Positions 31,360 to 40,978 of a stretch of 64,000 bases of DNA are shown piece after piece; the stretch's first letter is position 1; every line of letters begins with the position of its first letter. Below the pieces are notes generated by a model. That model worked only from the letters and a program-made list of their open reading frames with translations, did not search any database and was not told the DNA's origin. Where the stretch lies: IMG/VR virus record IMGVR_UViG_3300042922_001473, one strand, 5' to 3'. The translations under genes and the position numbers were made by a program. The DNA is from a virus. Its lineage: Duplodnaviria > Caudoviricetes.

Positions 31360-31398
31360 CATAAAAAACGATAGGGTTTCCTATCGTTTTTTATGTTG
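31358..31398. terminator. Bidirectional intrinsic terminator
   Basis: AACATAAAAAACGATAGG-GTTT-CCTATCGTTTTTTATGTT. Confidence 0.75.
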
Positions 31399-31584
31399 GT
31401 ATTTTTCATTTATAATTGGGATATTTGTGTGTAATGAATTTCTAATAATTAAAAAAAATTTTCTTAAATTTTTAAATATAGTTTACATTTTTATTAATAA
31501 TGTTGTTCTTATTAGTATAAGGTTAAATTTTTATGAAACTAAAAATTATCCTTATAAATTTAAATATGAAAGGAGGATATAAAT

Positions 31585-31989
31585 ATGGCATGGATTGAAT
31601 TACAACCAGTATCAAAATTATATACACCAGCACAAATAGCTGTGATACAGGCTACAAGAGATAATACAAGTTACGCAGATTTAGCAGAAGCAATAGCTCT
31701 TGCTGGAATATCTGTTGTTACTTCAAGTTTGTTTAACAGTTATGTCTTAACAATGAAATCAACTGTTCAAAATGTTCTTGGAGCAATAGGAATATATGCT
31801 TCTTTATCACAAGTTGATACCATGATGAAGCAAGATTTTGACTCTGAGGCGTTAATTGGCCCTTTAAATATGGCCGCTACTACTGGTGGAACTGTGTTGA
31901 TTACAACAAGAACGTATCAATATGATACAGGTAGTGGTAATAGTTCTACTTGGAAAGTAGAAACAGAATATAAATATAATAGATATTAA
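31585..31989 (+). CDS. Hypothetical protein with central hydrophobic helices (bacteriocin/toxin-like?)
   Basis: AAGGAGG RBS; Ala/Thr/Ser-rich and Lys-poor, unlike its neighbours. Confidence 0.75.
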   Translation: MAWIELQPVSKLYTPAQIAVIQATRDNTSYADLAEAIALAGISVVTSSLFNSYVLTMKSTVQNVLGAIGIYASLSQVDTMMKQDFDSEALIGPLNMAATTGGTVLITTRTYQYDTGSGNSSTWKVETEYKYNRY

Positions 31990-32046
31990 ATAAAATTTTA
32001 TATTTATTAAATAACGCCTTATGATTCAAACCATAAGGCGTTATTT

Positions 32047-32334
32047 TCATCTAAGAAATGATAAAGAAATAATCATTGATATTATAATACAAGGAATGAA
32101 TATAACGTCTAAAACTTTACTTTTAATGTTTAAAATTTTATTTTTAAAAAACAAAGAAGTAGATAATATGACTGCGACATTCATAAATAGAAACATAATA
32201 CTTAATTTTGGGATATTATATTTTATAAATGCAATCGTTCCAATTATCTGAAAAATAATTACTTGTATTATTATATAAATACATGCAGGATTCTGTTTAA
32301 TGTTATTCATAATTACTTCTTTTTTTATTTTCAA
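32047..32334 (-). CDS. Small 3-TM membrane protein (immunity-like?)
   Basis: GAGGGG RBS, three hydrophobic segments, convergent with 31585 over a shared hairpin at about 32008-32046. Confidence 0.6.
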   Translation of the reverse strand: MKIKKEVIMNNIKQNPACIYIIIQVIIFQIIGTIAFIKYNIPKLSIMFLFMNVAVILSTSLFFKNKILNIKSKVLDVIFIPCIIISMIISLSFLR

Positions 32335-32490
32335 ATTTCATTCCCCCTCTTTAGTAAAGTATACTTACTCATATTATATATTATTACCATATTTTAGTAA
32401 AGTAATTTTACAAACTGTTGTAATATAAAATATAATTTACAAATTAAATTAACTATGATATAATATAATAAATATATTTAGGAGGTCTTT

Positions 32491-33129
32491 ATGAGTTTAA
32501 CAAGTAAAATAATTAAAGAGTTTTCAATTAACATAGAGAAATTACTTATTATTATGTTCGGTGATACTTATGATTCAGAAGGAAATAAATATCAGGAGGT
32601 GTATGCATATGAACTGAGTTCATTCTTTTCAAGTTTAGAAAGAAGTTTAGGGGCATTAGAGGATAATAAAGTAGAAATTAATAGAGAAGTTTTAAAGTCT
32701 CATTTAATTACGAAGTGGTTTAACATTTTAGACAGATGCGATATGAATAGTTTAAATGATTATTTATTAGATATATTAACTGTTTCTAAAATAAATGTAA
32801 CTGCAGAAGAAAGTCTCAGATTAACTGAGGAAGATAATAATTATCTTCGTAAAATAATCAGGGAAGAAATGAATAGAAATATGAATATATTAATAAACCT
32901 ATCATTGAAAAATGAGACACAAATGACACAAATACTTTTAGATTTCAAAAAGAATGACAATGCTCATTATGAACACTTGATTTATACTTTTAAACAGGCT
33001 TATATAAGGGGTGCAAATTTACTGTATATGCTTTACAAAGAACAGCCGAAAGACTGGAGTACGGGTTTATCATTGCATGAAACTGTATGTAGAGACTTTG
33101 ATATTAAAAGAGAAGAATTCTTGTTTTAA
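32491..33129 (+). CDS. Hypothetical protein
   Basis: AGGAGG RBS, TGnTATAAT promoter. Confidence 0.75.
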   Translation: MSLTSKIIKEFSINIEKLLIIMFGDTYDSEGNKYQEVYAYELSSFFSSLERSLGALEDNKVEINREVLKSHLITKWFNILDRCDMNSLNDYLLDILTVSKINVTAEESLRLTEEDNNYLRKIIREEMNRNMNILINLSLKNETQMTQILLDFKKNDNAHYEHLIYTFKQAYIRGANLLYMLYKEQPKDWSTGLSLHETVCRDFDIKREEFLF

Positions 33130-33145
33130 AAGAGAATAGTGATGT

Positions 33146-33889
33146 TTGAAATTAAGGAGGTTTAAATTGAAGGAAAAAGAACTTATTTACAAAGCTATTG
33201 AAGATAAAAAACAGAATATGATAAGTGAATACAATAAAATGATTGATAAGGTTATGGAAGAACAAAACTTGCCAGAATTATATTATTTATTAGCTCAAAT
33301 TTTTCATAATACGAAGGAGCAGGGTGAATTAGGAATTACATTATTAAAAAGTCAACTTAAAAATGATTTCTTTAAAAAATTAAATTCTCATAACGATGCA
33401 AACTTCATTACATTTTCTAATGATGATTTCATGATTTCATTTTCCAAATCATTATCAAAGGAAATTCAAGTAAAATTTAAAAAAGGCACAATTTCAGGAG
33501 ATTATTACCCATCTATAAATAAATCAATTCTGGAATTAAAAGAATTATTAGAAATTTATCTTAATGAGAAAACTTTTAAGAATTTCAAAAATTTAGCTGA
33601 TTTTAACTGCAAAAATTATCATAATAATATCATTGCAACAGTATCAAAATATTATACCACTTATAAGACTTGTAATGAAAAACTTCTTGAAGAAATAAAT
33701 AAAAGACAGGAATTAGATAATAAAAATAAAGTAAACTTTGAAAAAAGAAAAAAAGAGTATGAAGATATGCAAACTTATGCAAAGGATATAATTGCAAGTC
33801 TAACTGACCTGGAAGAGTTTAAGAAAAAAGGTTGGCATGTAAGATATATCGGAATAGAAGACGAAAGAGGATGTATTACATTTGCTTAG
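33146..33889 (+). CDS. Hypothetical protein
   Basis: Long ORF; true start probably the TTG after the internal AAGGAGG. Confidence 0.7.
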   Translation: MKLRRFKLKEKELIYKAIEDKKQNMISEYNKMIDKVMEEQNLPELYYLLAQIFHNTKEQGELGITLLKSQLKNDFFKKLNSHNDANFITFSNDDFMISFSKSLSKEIQVKFKKGTISGDYYPSINKSILELKELLEIYLNEKTFKNFKNLADFNCKNYHNNIIATVSKYYTTYKTCNEKLLEEINKRQELDNKNKVNFEKRKKEYEDMQTYAKDIIASLTDLEEFKKKGWHVRYIGIEDERGCITFA

Positions 33890-34063
33890 TAATGAATTAA
33901 ATATTATTCAAGAATGAAGGTTTAATTTAATTATATTAACGCTTACTAATAAAGAATATTAGAAAATATTTTAATAAAGCTAATGAAATAATTATAAAAA
34001 TAATTTTGACATTATAAATTGATTAATTGTCAAAAAATATAAATAAATGTGAGGAAATTAATA

Positions 34064-34804
34064 ATGTATAAAAACTTGCCAGATGTTTGCGAAAGTAAAC
34101 TTATCCCTAAAAATTTTGGTCATATAGGTCATTTGTGGGGAAGTAAAATGTTAGATAATGAAGACAAGCTTCTTAGTGAAGTTGAACAACGCAAATATAC
34201 AGTTAGCAAAAGAAATAAAAGTGATGTTGTAATTATCACTGAAAAAATAGATGGTATGAACGCAGGTGTGGTAAAAAAGAATGGAAATCTATACCCAATC
34301 AATAGAAAAGGGTATGATACACGCATTATGGGCATGGTGCAAAAGGAACTTGAATTACTTGGTAAGGAATGGGCAATATGGGTAGATAATCACTATTCAT
34401 TATATAATTCTATTCTAAATGAAGGAGAAAGACTGGTGTTTGAAAATTGCATTCTCCAACATACACTTAAGTATTGTTTTAAGCATGAACCAGTATTTTT
34501 ATTAGCAAAATATAATTCTAATAACATGAGAATTAATTATAAAGAATTATCTGAGTTGGCGTTTAAAAATAATATTCAACAACCTCCTTTATTAAATGTT
34601 GGTATAGCATTGCCTGCCCAGATGATTATTGAACAATATCCGAAGGGATTAGTAGGGGTAAAAGGAAATATCGAAGGTATAGTATATAATTATGAACATA
34701 ATGGAAAACATGAATCATGTGCTAAATTTGTTAGTAATTCAATTATGGGAACATTTGAATGTATCCCTCAATATTATAATAAAATTGCCTCTCTCTCCAC
34801 TTAA
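34064..34804 (+). CDS. Rnl2-type ATP-dependent RNA ligase family protein
   Basis: Motif I TEKIDGMN, NRKG, FEN, EGIV, AKFV. Confidence 0.8.
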   Translation: MYKNLPDVCESKLIPKNFGHIGHLWGSKMLDNEDKLLSEVEQRKYTVSKRNKSDVVIITEKIDGMNAGVVKKNGNLYPINRKGYDTRIMGMVQKELELLGKEWAIWVDNHYSLYNSILNEGERLVFENCILQHTLKYCFKHEPVFLLAKYNSNNMRINYKELSELAFKNNIQQPPLLNVGIALPAQMIIEQYPKGLVGVKGNIEGIVYNYEHNGKHESCAKFVSNSIMGTFECIPQYYNKIASLST

Positions 34805-34843
34805 AAAGGTGGAGATTTCTTTTTGAAGAAAGGAGTGAAAAAT

Positions 34844-35036
34844 GTGAAAATTAGAATTAGTAGTGACACTCATGGTAAAATTGATTTTATTCAAAAATAA
34901 AATGATTGTGATTATATTATTGTTTTAGGCGATTGAATATGAACATTGGTATTTTGGACATCATCATGTAGGTATGAGAAAAGATAAATTTATCGGTGTT
35001 TGGGAAAGAGAACATTTCTTAAATATAAGTACATAA
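34844..35036 (+). pseudogene. Internally deleted metallophosphoesterase remnant
   Basis: AAGGAG RBS; VKIRISSDTHG..* NDCDYIIVLGD* then frameshifted EHWYFGHHH; middle motifs (GNH) missing. Confidence 0.75.
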
Positions 35037-35166
35037 GGAAATTATTTTATTATTTTTACAATATAATAAAAGAGTAAATATAAACAAGGAATAGATAATT
35101 CTCTATTACATAAGTATAACTTAAAAAAGTGCCCTTAAGAAGATACCCCATTGGTATTACTTTAAA

Positions 35167-35532
35167 ATGACAAGAAAGTATAAGTTAAAGGAGATAAGAA
35201 TGGTAAAAAAATTGATAAATTTCATAATTGACGATGAAAGAAAAAAATCAAAAAATATTAGATATCAAGAATTTGAACACAATTTAAGAAATTTGCTATC
35301 TGAGCTAAATGATAAAACAGATAGGGAAGATGATTTTCTTTTAGATAATATTAAACAAGCAATAATTGTTTATCTAATAAAAAATGAATCAGGAGAAAAT
35401 AGTAAGATATTTTTGGCTAACATGAAGGAAAATTATTATATATCAACTAAAGAATTAGTCAATAAACATCCTGACTTAGAAATAGAAATATTAAAAATGA
35501 ATCTGTTTGTTGAAGATTATGTTTGGAGTTAA
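35167..35532 (+). CDS. Hypothetical protein
   Basis: ORF with an internal AAGGAG RBS. Confidence 0.6.
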   Translation: MTRKYKLKEIRMVKKLINFIIDDERKKSKNIRYQEFEHNLRNLLSELNDKTDREDDFLLDNIKQAIIVYLIKNESGENSKIFLANMKENYYISTKELVNKHPDLEIEILKMNLFVEDYVWS

Positions 35533-35591
35533 AATAAGTGATATAAATAGAAAAATTACAAATCATTTACTATAGTAGGGAGGAAACTATT

Positions 35592-35831
35592 ATGTTTTTA
35601 CAAATTGAAGGGAAAAGAGGAACTGGATTTAAAGAAATAGGAGAAAAGGGTGCTGTAATTGTCAATATGACTTCTAACATATATGATAAGAAATATATAT
35701 GCGTAGAAGCTTTTGAAGGCAGAGGTGATATGTATAAGGAAAGAGAAACTCCTGCAATTATTATTCAAAATGGAAATGAAAGATTTGAATTTAAAAGCCT
35801 TGATGAATTAATAGTACAACTAAAAAAATAG
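35592..35831 (+). CDS. Hypothetical protein
   Basis: GGAGG RBS; terminator downstream. Confidence 0.65.
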   Translation: MFLQIEGKRGTGFKEIGEKGAVIVNMTSNIYDKKYICVEAFEGRGDMYKERETPAIIIQNGNERFEFKSLDELIVQLKK

Positions 35832-36185
35832 TAAAATTATGCTTAAAAACAACATTAATATTATATGATGTTGTTTTTTTATGTGCCGAATTTATATGAT
35901 AAATAATTATTATTAAAAGATGTGGATTTTCTTTTCTTCTTTAGATAAAGTATTCAAAATTAATGAAGAAAAATTAGTATATATCTAAGATAATTAGAAT
36001 TTAAAGAGAGGGATTTCCCCTTTCTTTTTATTTTAGTCAATAATTAGTTAGACGTTGACTATAAACATTGACAAGCTGATTTTAATTTGCTACAATATAA
36101 GAGTAAGAAAGTAAAAAATTACAACTTCAGAACAGTTTTTACTATATTTACTATAATTAAACTAAGAAAATAAATTGACTACAAA

Positions 36186-37469
36186 ATGAGGGTTAAAATG
36201 AAACTATTAAATAATTTCTTTAAAGAAAATAAATCTGATATTGCAATAGAAAAGGTTCAAAAATTAAGTAATAAATTAATACATGGATTAAGTACAGAAA
36301 ATGACATTGCAGAATGGGAAGCAAATCTTGAATTAATTGAGATGTTTAAAGAAAAATTCAATAAACTATTTTTGATGTATCTATTAAAACATTATCCAAA
36401 CGATAAAAGGTTAAATGAAAAATATCATGACGGTGACAGTATTAATGATGCTAAGGATGCAATGTACAGAGAGGTTCTTTTGCAAATAGTAGGAGATGCT
36501 TTATATATGTTAAAGTACAAAAGGAAGGATTTTTTATTTATAGGCGAGGGGAGATGCAAATATTTAATTGATAAAATAGAAGAATATGTTTACTTTGAAA
36601 AGAAAAATAAAGAGATACTTTTGATAAAAAAGAATGATATATCAAAAAGTTTATTAGAACAGGAATTAGAATATATTCTGAATGCCTTGAAAGATTCATA
36701 TGCCTTAATACCATGCAAAACATTAGAACAAAAAGAATGGTATGTTAGAGCAAATCATATAGATTCGTTCAAATATTTGGAACATGACGTAGAAAGCATT
36801 TTTAGTAAAAGATACAAATTAGGGTTAAAACATGGCTTTTTATTAGGTGATATTGGTAGTGGTAAAACGAGAGCTGTTCAAAAAGAGATTGAACTTATTC
36901 TTAAAAATACAAATGATGATATTATTGTAATTGATAATGATGGAATGTATGAGGAGTTTTGTCATAAAAATAACGGAGAATATATAAATGCGATTAAAGA
37001 CTATATTTTTTTCGACAATAAAGCGACTGTTATTAATAACCGACTTATAATATTGGATATTCATAGCCTTAACAACGCAATAAAATTTGAATATGCATCA
37101 AAGGCTTTGAAATATGCTTATAAAAGGATAAATGAACAATCAGAATATTCAAAAATCACATGGCTTTACATAGAAGAAGCAAATGACCTGATATTTGATG
37201 ATTACTTTCTTACGTTTATGAGTCGTTGTATAAGAAAAGGAGTAATAACCATTGTAACGAACAGAGTAACTGACATTATAGAAAACCCTAATATATGTAA
37301 ACATTTTTCGAAAAGTTCGTATATTCGCTTATTTAGACAATCACCAAATTATAGAAAAAGCCTTGCAAAGTTTCTTTCTATTGATTCAGATAAGCTGGAA
37401 TTTTATAACATTGAAACAAGTTGGGCTATTATAGGAAGTAAACTCATAAAAATTAAAGATAAACTTTAG
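36186..37469 (+). CDS. Protein with C-terminal compact VirB4/HerA-FtsK-like P-loop ATPase
   Basis: HGFLLGDIGSGKT, IVID..G.Y, WLYIEEA, R..RK.G. Confidence 0.6.
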   Translation: MRVKMKLLNNFFKENKSDIAIEKVQKLSNKLIHGLSTENDIAEWEANLELIEMFKEKFNKLFLMYLLKHYPNDKRLNEKYHDGDSINDAKDAMYREVLLQIVGDALYMLKYKRKDFLFIGEGRCKYLIDKIEEYVYFEKKNKEILLIKKNDISKSLLEQELEYILNALKDSYALIPCKTLEQKEWYVRANHIDSFKYLEHDVESIFSKRYKLGLKHGFLLGDIGSGKTRAVQKEIELILKNTNDDIIVIDNDGMYEEFCHKNNGEYINAIKDYIFFDNKATVINNRLIILDIHSLNNAIKFEYASKALKYAYKRINEQSEYSKITWLYIEEANDLIFDDYFLTFMSRCIRKGVITIVTNRVTDIIENPNICKHFSKSSYIRLFRQSPNYRKSLAKFLSIDSDKLEFYNIETSWAIIGSKLIKIKDKL

Positions 37470-37509
37470 TGGATATATATTAATCTCTCAAAATATGAGT
37501 TTTTAAATT

Positions 37510-37565
37510 CATATTTTTTTTGATATTTATATTGACTATAAACAACATTTAGAATAATTTGACTA
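37510..37565 (+). repeat. Promoter/operator module, copy 1
   Basis: Gapless 56-bp match (45/56) to 38348-38403. Confidence 0.75.
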
Positions 37566-37588
37566 CATCAAGAGAAGGAGTAAATGCA

Positions 37589-38392
37589 TTGGATATATAT
37601 GAAAATAAAATAGATGAAAGTAAGTTTCGGTCAACTAACTACATATGGAATGAATTAAAATTAAATAGTCCTTGGGCAGTAGGATATGTAACGACATTGA
37701 TAGAATCAAAGGAATTTAAATGCAGGGAAGATTGGAAAGATTTTTACTATAAATCAGGTAAAGATAGATTAGATGAAATAATTAAGCTAAACCCGAAAGA
37801 AGCTAATATTTTGCGTAATTTTAGTATTAAAGATAATACATTGCCTTATGAATTAAAGAATTTAAACTATTCTTATGGAAGAACAGAAAATGATTTAATT
37901 AAATTAGCTAAATGTATGTATAAAAAGATACTTGAAGAAGGAAACCCTAACAAGATTGACTTAGGAGAGTGCGTTTATATGGTTAAATATAGAGTTTTGG
38001 GTGAGACGTGGAACGGAGTAAGGGTAAGAGAAATAAATACGGTAAAAGAGCTAAATAAGGCATTCCCAGACGTATCTTTTGTTAAAACAGCAGGGGATAT
38101 AGATTATAAGTATGGTGTAGACTATGAACTTTATCATGAGGATAAAAGACTATGTGCTATACAAATAAAACCTTCAAGCTACAGAAATGGAAAGTCCATT
38201 GAAATACAAAAAGCTAAGAAGGCAAACGAGTTTAAAAACAAACTATATGAGGATGATTTTTCCGCAAAGGTTTTATATGTATATTCAAGTAGTAATGGGA
38301 TTATAGAAAATAAAGAAGTTATATCTCAAATTAGGAGTTTTAAAAAACATATTTTTTTTGATAATCAAATTGACTATAAACAATGCGTATAA
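37589..38392 (+). CDS. MjaI-family restriction endonuclease-like protein
   Basis: P..VG..T.LI..W..FYY, TWNG..RE, ID..YGVD...AIQIKP.SY; TTG start after AAGGAG. Confidence 0.75.
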   Translation: MDIYENKIDESKFRSTNYIWNELKLNSPWAVGYVTTLIESKEFKCREDWKDFYYKSGKDRLDEIIKLNPKEANILRNFSIKDNTLPYELKNLNYSYGRTENDLIKLAKCMYKKILEEGNPNKIDLGECVYMVKYRVLGETWNGVRVREINTVKELNKAFPDVSFVKTAGDIDYKYGVDYELYHEDKRLCAIQIKPSSYRNGKSIEIQKAKKANEFKNKLYEDDFSAKVLYVYSSSNGIIENKEVISQIRSFKKHIFFDNQIDYKQCV

Positions 38393-38403
38393 AATATTGA
38401 CTA
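38348..38403 (+). repeat. Promoter/operator module, copy 2
   Basis: See copy 1; overlaps the last codons of the MjaI-like gene. Confidence 0.75.
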
Positions 38404-38417
38404 ACTATATAAAGAGG

Positions 38418-38690
38418 ATGCTTTTATTGAATACTTACACAACGAAAAACACTTGAAGTAGCTAAAATAACTTCAAAGTAATAAAGGAATTTTTAAAAAT
38501 AAAACCCGAAATAATTGAAGTTATAAATGTAGAAAATGATTTAGATTATAGAAAGAAAGATATAGATTTACTGAAAAGAAATTACCTTCTGCAGTTGAGA
38601 ATGGGTGATATTATTTTACAGGTAGTCTTGTGGCAAAAAGGATTTTAAATCATGAAATAAAAGGTGCGAAAAACAAAATATTAAATTAAT
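38418..38690 (+). pseudogene. Decayed nuclease-like gene remnant
   Basis: Fragment IKEFLKIKPEIIEVINVENDLDYRKKDIDLL amid stops and frameshifts, behind its own promoter and RBS. Confidence 0.45.
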
Positions 38691-38713
38691 AATTTTTAAA
38701 TTGGAGAGATTAA

Positions 38714-38923
38714 ATGAAAATAATTAAAGAAATTCTAAAAGAATCTTTGTGTGCTTTGATTGCATTATTCATTACTGATTTGATTTTTGCTATATTCCCA
38801 TTATGTAAAGATAATATATTTTTACCTTTCTCAAAATGGACTACAGATACAGTTAAATCAATTATATCTATATCAATTATATTTGGTTTTTATGGATGGT
38901 ATTTTAAGAAGAATAAATATTAA
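38714..38923 (+). CDS. Small 2-TM membrane protein
   Basis: GGAG RBS, two hydrophobic segments. Confidence 0.55.
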   Translation: MKIIKEILKESLCALIALFITDLIFAIFPLCKDNIFLPFSKWTTDTVKSIISISIIFGFYGWYFKKNKY

Positions 38924-38959
38924 AACCAGAAAGATTAGAATACTTTTATGGTTTTAATA

Positions 38960-40303
38960 TTATTTTTTATATACTTTCTTCTCAAATGGTCTTACAAATG
39001 TTTCGTTTTTTCCCAATAAATAATGATATTCTTGTGCCAGTGCAATTGCTTCATCAGATGCTTTAGCTCCTACTGGAAGTTTTCTAATATAAGGGTGTAT
39101 TCTTATAGTTTCTTCACTATATTTTGTCTTATCAAAAAATCTAATTTCATTTTTTTCTTTTTCATTAGTGTTGTTCTTATTTTGTTGATACGAGAATACA
39201 ACAGAAGGTAAATCAGAATTAATTTCATCAGTTTTAGAACGAATAACATGTAATCTTTTTACTAATGAATCATTATATTTATATTCAATATCAGTAGTTA
39301 AACAGCAATAAACTTCTAATATAAAATTCTCAATATTTCCTACTATATTTTTACCTTCATTTGTATCAGTCCATGGACAATAGAAAAATTCTAACTTATT
39401 ATCATATAATCCACTAAATTCTTTCTCATTAGTTGCAGTCACCTTATATAAGAGCATAAATCTATCTTCTGTAAATATTTCTTGAAAGAATATTTTAGAA
39501 AATTGATTTGAGTTTTTAAATTCTGCTAAAACGCCACTTGAAGGTAAGTGATATCTTTTTTCATGAAGCAATTCTTTGTATTGGTTTGTAGACGTAATTA
39601 TATTTGGTGCGTAAAACATTTCTGTAATGCGATAGTAATTTTGTGGAACGATATTTTCTGTATCTTCACTTATAAAATTTGATAACACATAAAACATATT
39701 AGTTATTAATTGGTCGTTTGAGTTATAAATCATATAATCTTCAATTGATTTGATATTATACCCAAGTTTTTTGTATTCAGTAAATATAGTTTTCATTGTA
39801 TGTTCATTAGGTTTACTTTTTGAAGCATTAATAAAAGGCAAATCTAAATAAGGATATGGTTCTAATTTAGTTAATAATTTGTTATTCGCCTCTATGCCAT
39901 ATAATATCTGAGGTGTGTTGACTAAATAACAAAATTGTTGACACAAAATATTTATATAGCAAGAAAATGCATCTTCATTAATAACTTTTTTTGAGTGTAA
40001 TGTGGAAAAAATAAAATAAAAAAAAGATAAAAACTCTTTGTATAGCTTATTTTTTTTAATGAAAAAAGCAGTGTCTTTGTAAAAACCATTAAGGTTCTCT
40101 TTAAACTTATCTGGGTTTTCTATGGAAAGAAACAATTGATATTCATATTTAGTTATTAATTCTTTAGCTATGGGACTTTCTGTATAGACAAATATGTCAG
40201 TAATTAAGGAGTTAAAATCAATATTTTTAACAGATTCTAAAATAGCAAAAGCTGTTGCTTCTGTTCGTTTTTTAAGTATTTTATTTCTGGTTGTTACATC
40301 CAT
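38960..40303 (-). CDS. Hypothetical protein (447 aa)
   Basis: GGAGG RBS; C-terminal IHPYIRKLP..AS.EA..ETFVRPF. Confidence 0.8.
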   Translation of the reverse strand: MDVTTRNKILKKRTEATAFAILESVKNIDFNSLITDIFVYTESPIAKELITKYEYQLFLSIENPDKFKENLNGFYKDTAFFIKKNKLYKEFLSFFYFIFSTLHSKKVINEDAFSCYINILCQQFCYLVNTPQILYGIEANNKLLTKLEPYPYLDLPFINASKSKPNEHTMKTIFTEYKKLGYNIKSIEDYMIYNSNDQLITNMFYVLSNFISEDTENIVPQNYYRITEMFYAPNIITSTNQYKELLHEKRYHLPSSGVLAEFKNSNQFSKIFFQEIFTEDRFMLLYKVTATNEKEFSGLYDNKLEFFYCPWTDTNEGKNIVGNIENFILEVYCCLTTDIEYKYNDSLVKRLHVIRSKTDEINSDLPSVVFSYQQNKNNTNEKEKNEIRFFDKTKYSEETIRIHPYIRKLPVGAKASDEAIALAQEYHYLLGKNETFVRPFEKKVYKK

Positions 40304-40459
40304 TAATTAAATTACCTCCAAAAGTGTATTTGTAATTAATTATATCAAAATAATTAACTTAAGTATAGTTTGATTTTTTAGACATTCGCTTGTATATAAT
40401 ATAATAATTTTATATAAAAGGAGTTTTTTGAATATTTTTAAAAGGTTCGGGAGGAAACA

Positions 40460-40840
40460 ATGAAAAGTATTAGAACTATTGACGTTCATGAAATGGATAG
40501 GGAAGTGGCAATATTGGTTTATAAAAATAAAATATATGAAGATGCAAATCACCAATATGCTTTAGAAATAGCTTTGTCAGAAAATGGAAAATGCTTAGAA
40601 ATAAACTTAGAAAAAGATTTAGATAAAGCCATTGATTTAACTTATGATATGAGTAAAAATAATGAAATATACGCATTTGATTTATATAATGACGGTATTA
40701 ATCCAATGTACTTAATAAGTCACTTTAAAAGCAATTTAGAGGCTTGCTATGAACTAATAAGGGAATACGCATTAAAACACAATTATACTTTGGGTTCATT
40801 TGGGGAAAGTATGGGTAAATATTGTGAGATTTATATTTAA
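40460..40840 (+). CDS. Hypothetical protein
   Basis: GGAGG RBS. Confidence 0.7.
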   Translation: MKSIRTIDVHEMDREVAILVYKNKIYEDANHQYALEIALSENGKCLEINLEKDLDKAIDLTYDMSKNNEIYAFDLYNDGINPMYLISHFKSNLEACYELIREYALKHNYTLGSFGESMGKYCEIYI

Positions 40841-40846
40841 GCAAAC

Positions 40847-40878
40847 AAAAATAACACTGATTAATCAGTGTTATTTTT
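40847..40878. terminator. Bidirectional terminator (perfect 32-bp palindrome)
   Basis: AAAAATAACACTGATT|AATCAGTGTTATTTTT between convergent genes. Confidence 0.75.
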
Positions 40879-40978
40879 TATATAAAAAGATGTAATTCAT
40901 AATATCCAAGCATCCTGAAAAGGTAGCAATTCAATTAATTCATACATCTTACACTTTATTTATTCTATATTTTTATTC

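Noticed and set aside
32021-32251. 76-aa plus-strand ORF
   Set aside because: Starts inside a terminator hairpin and is antisense to the RBS-bearing TM gene
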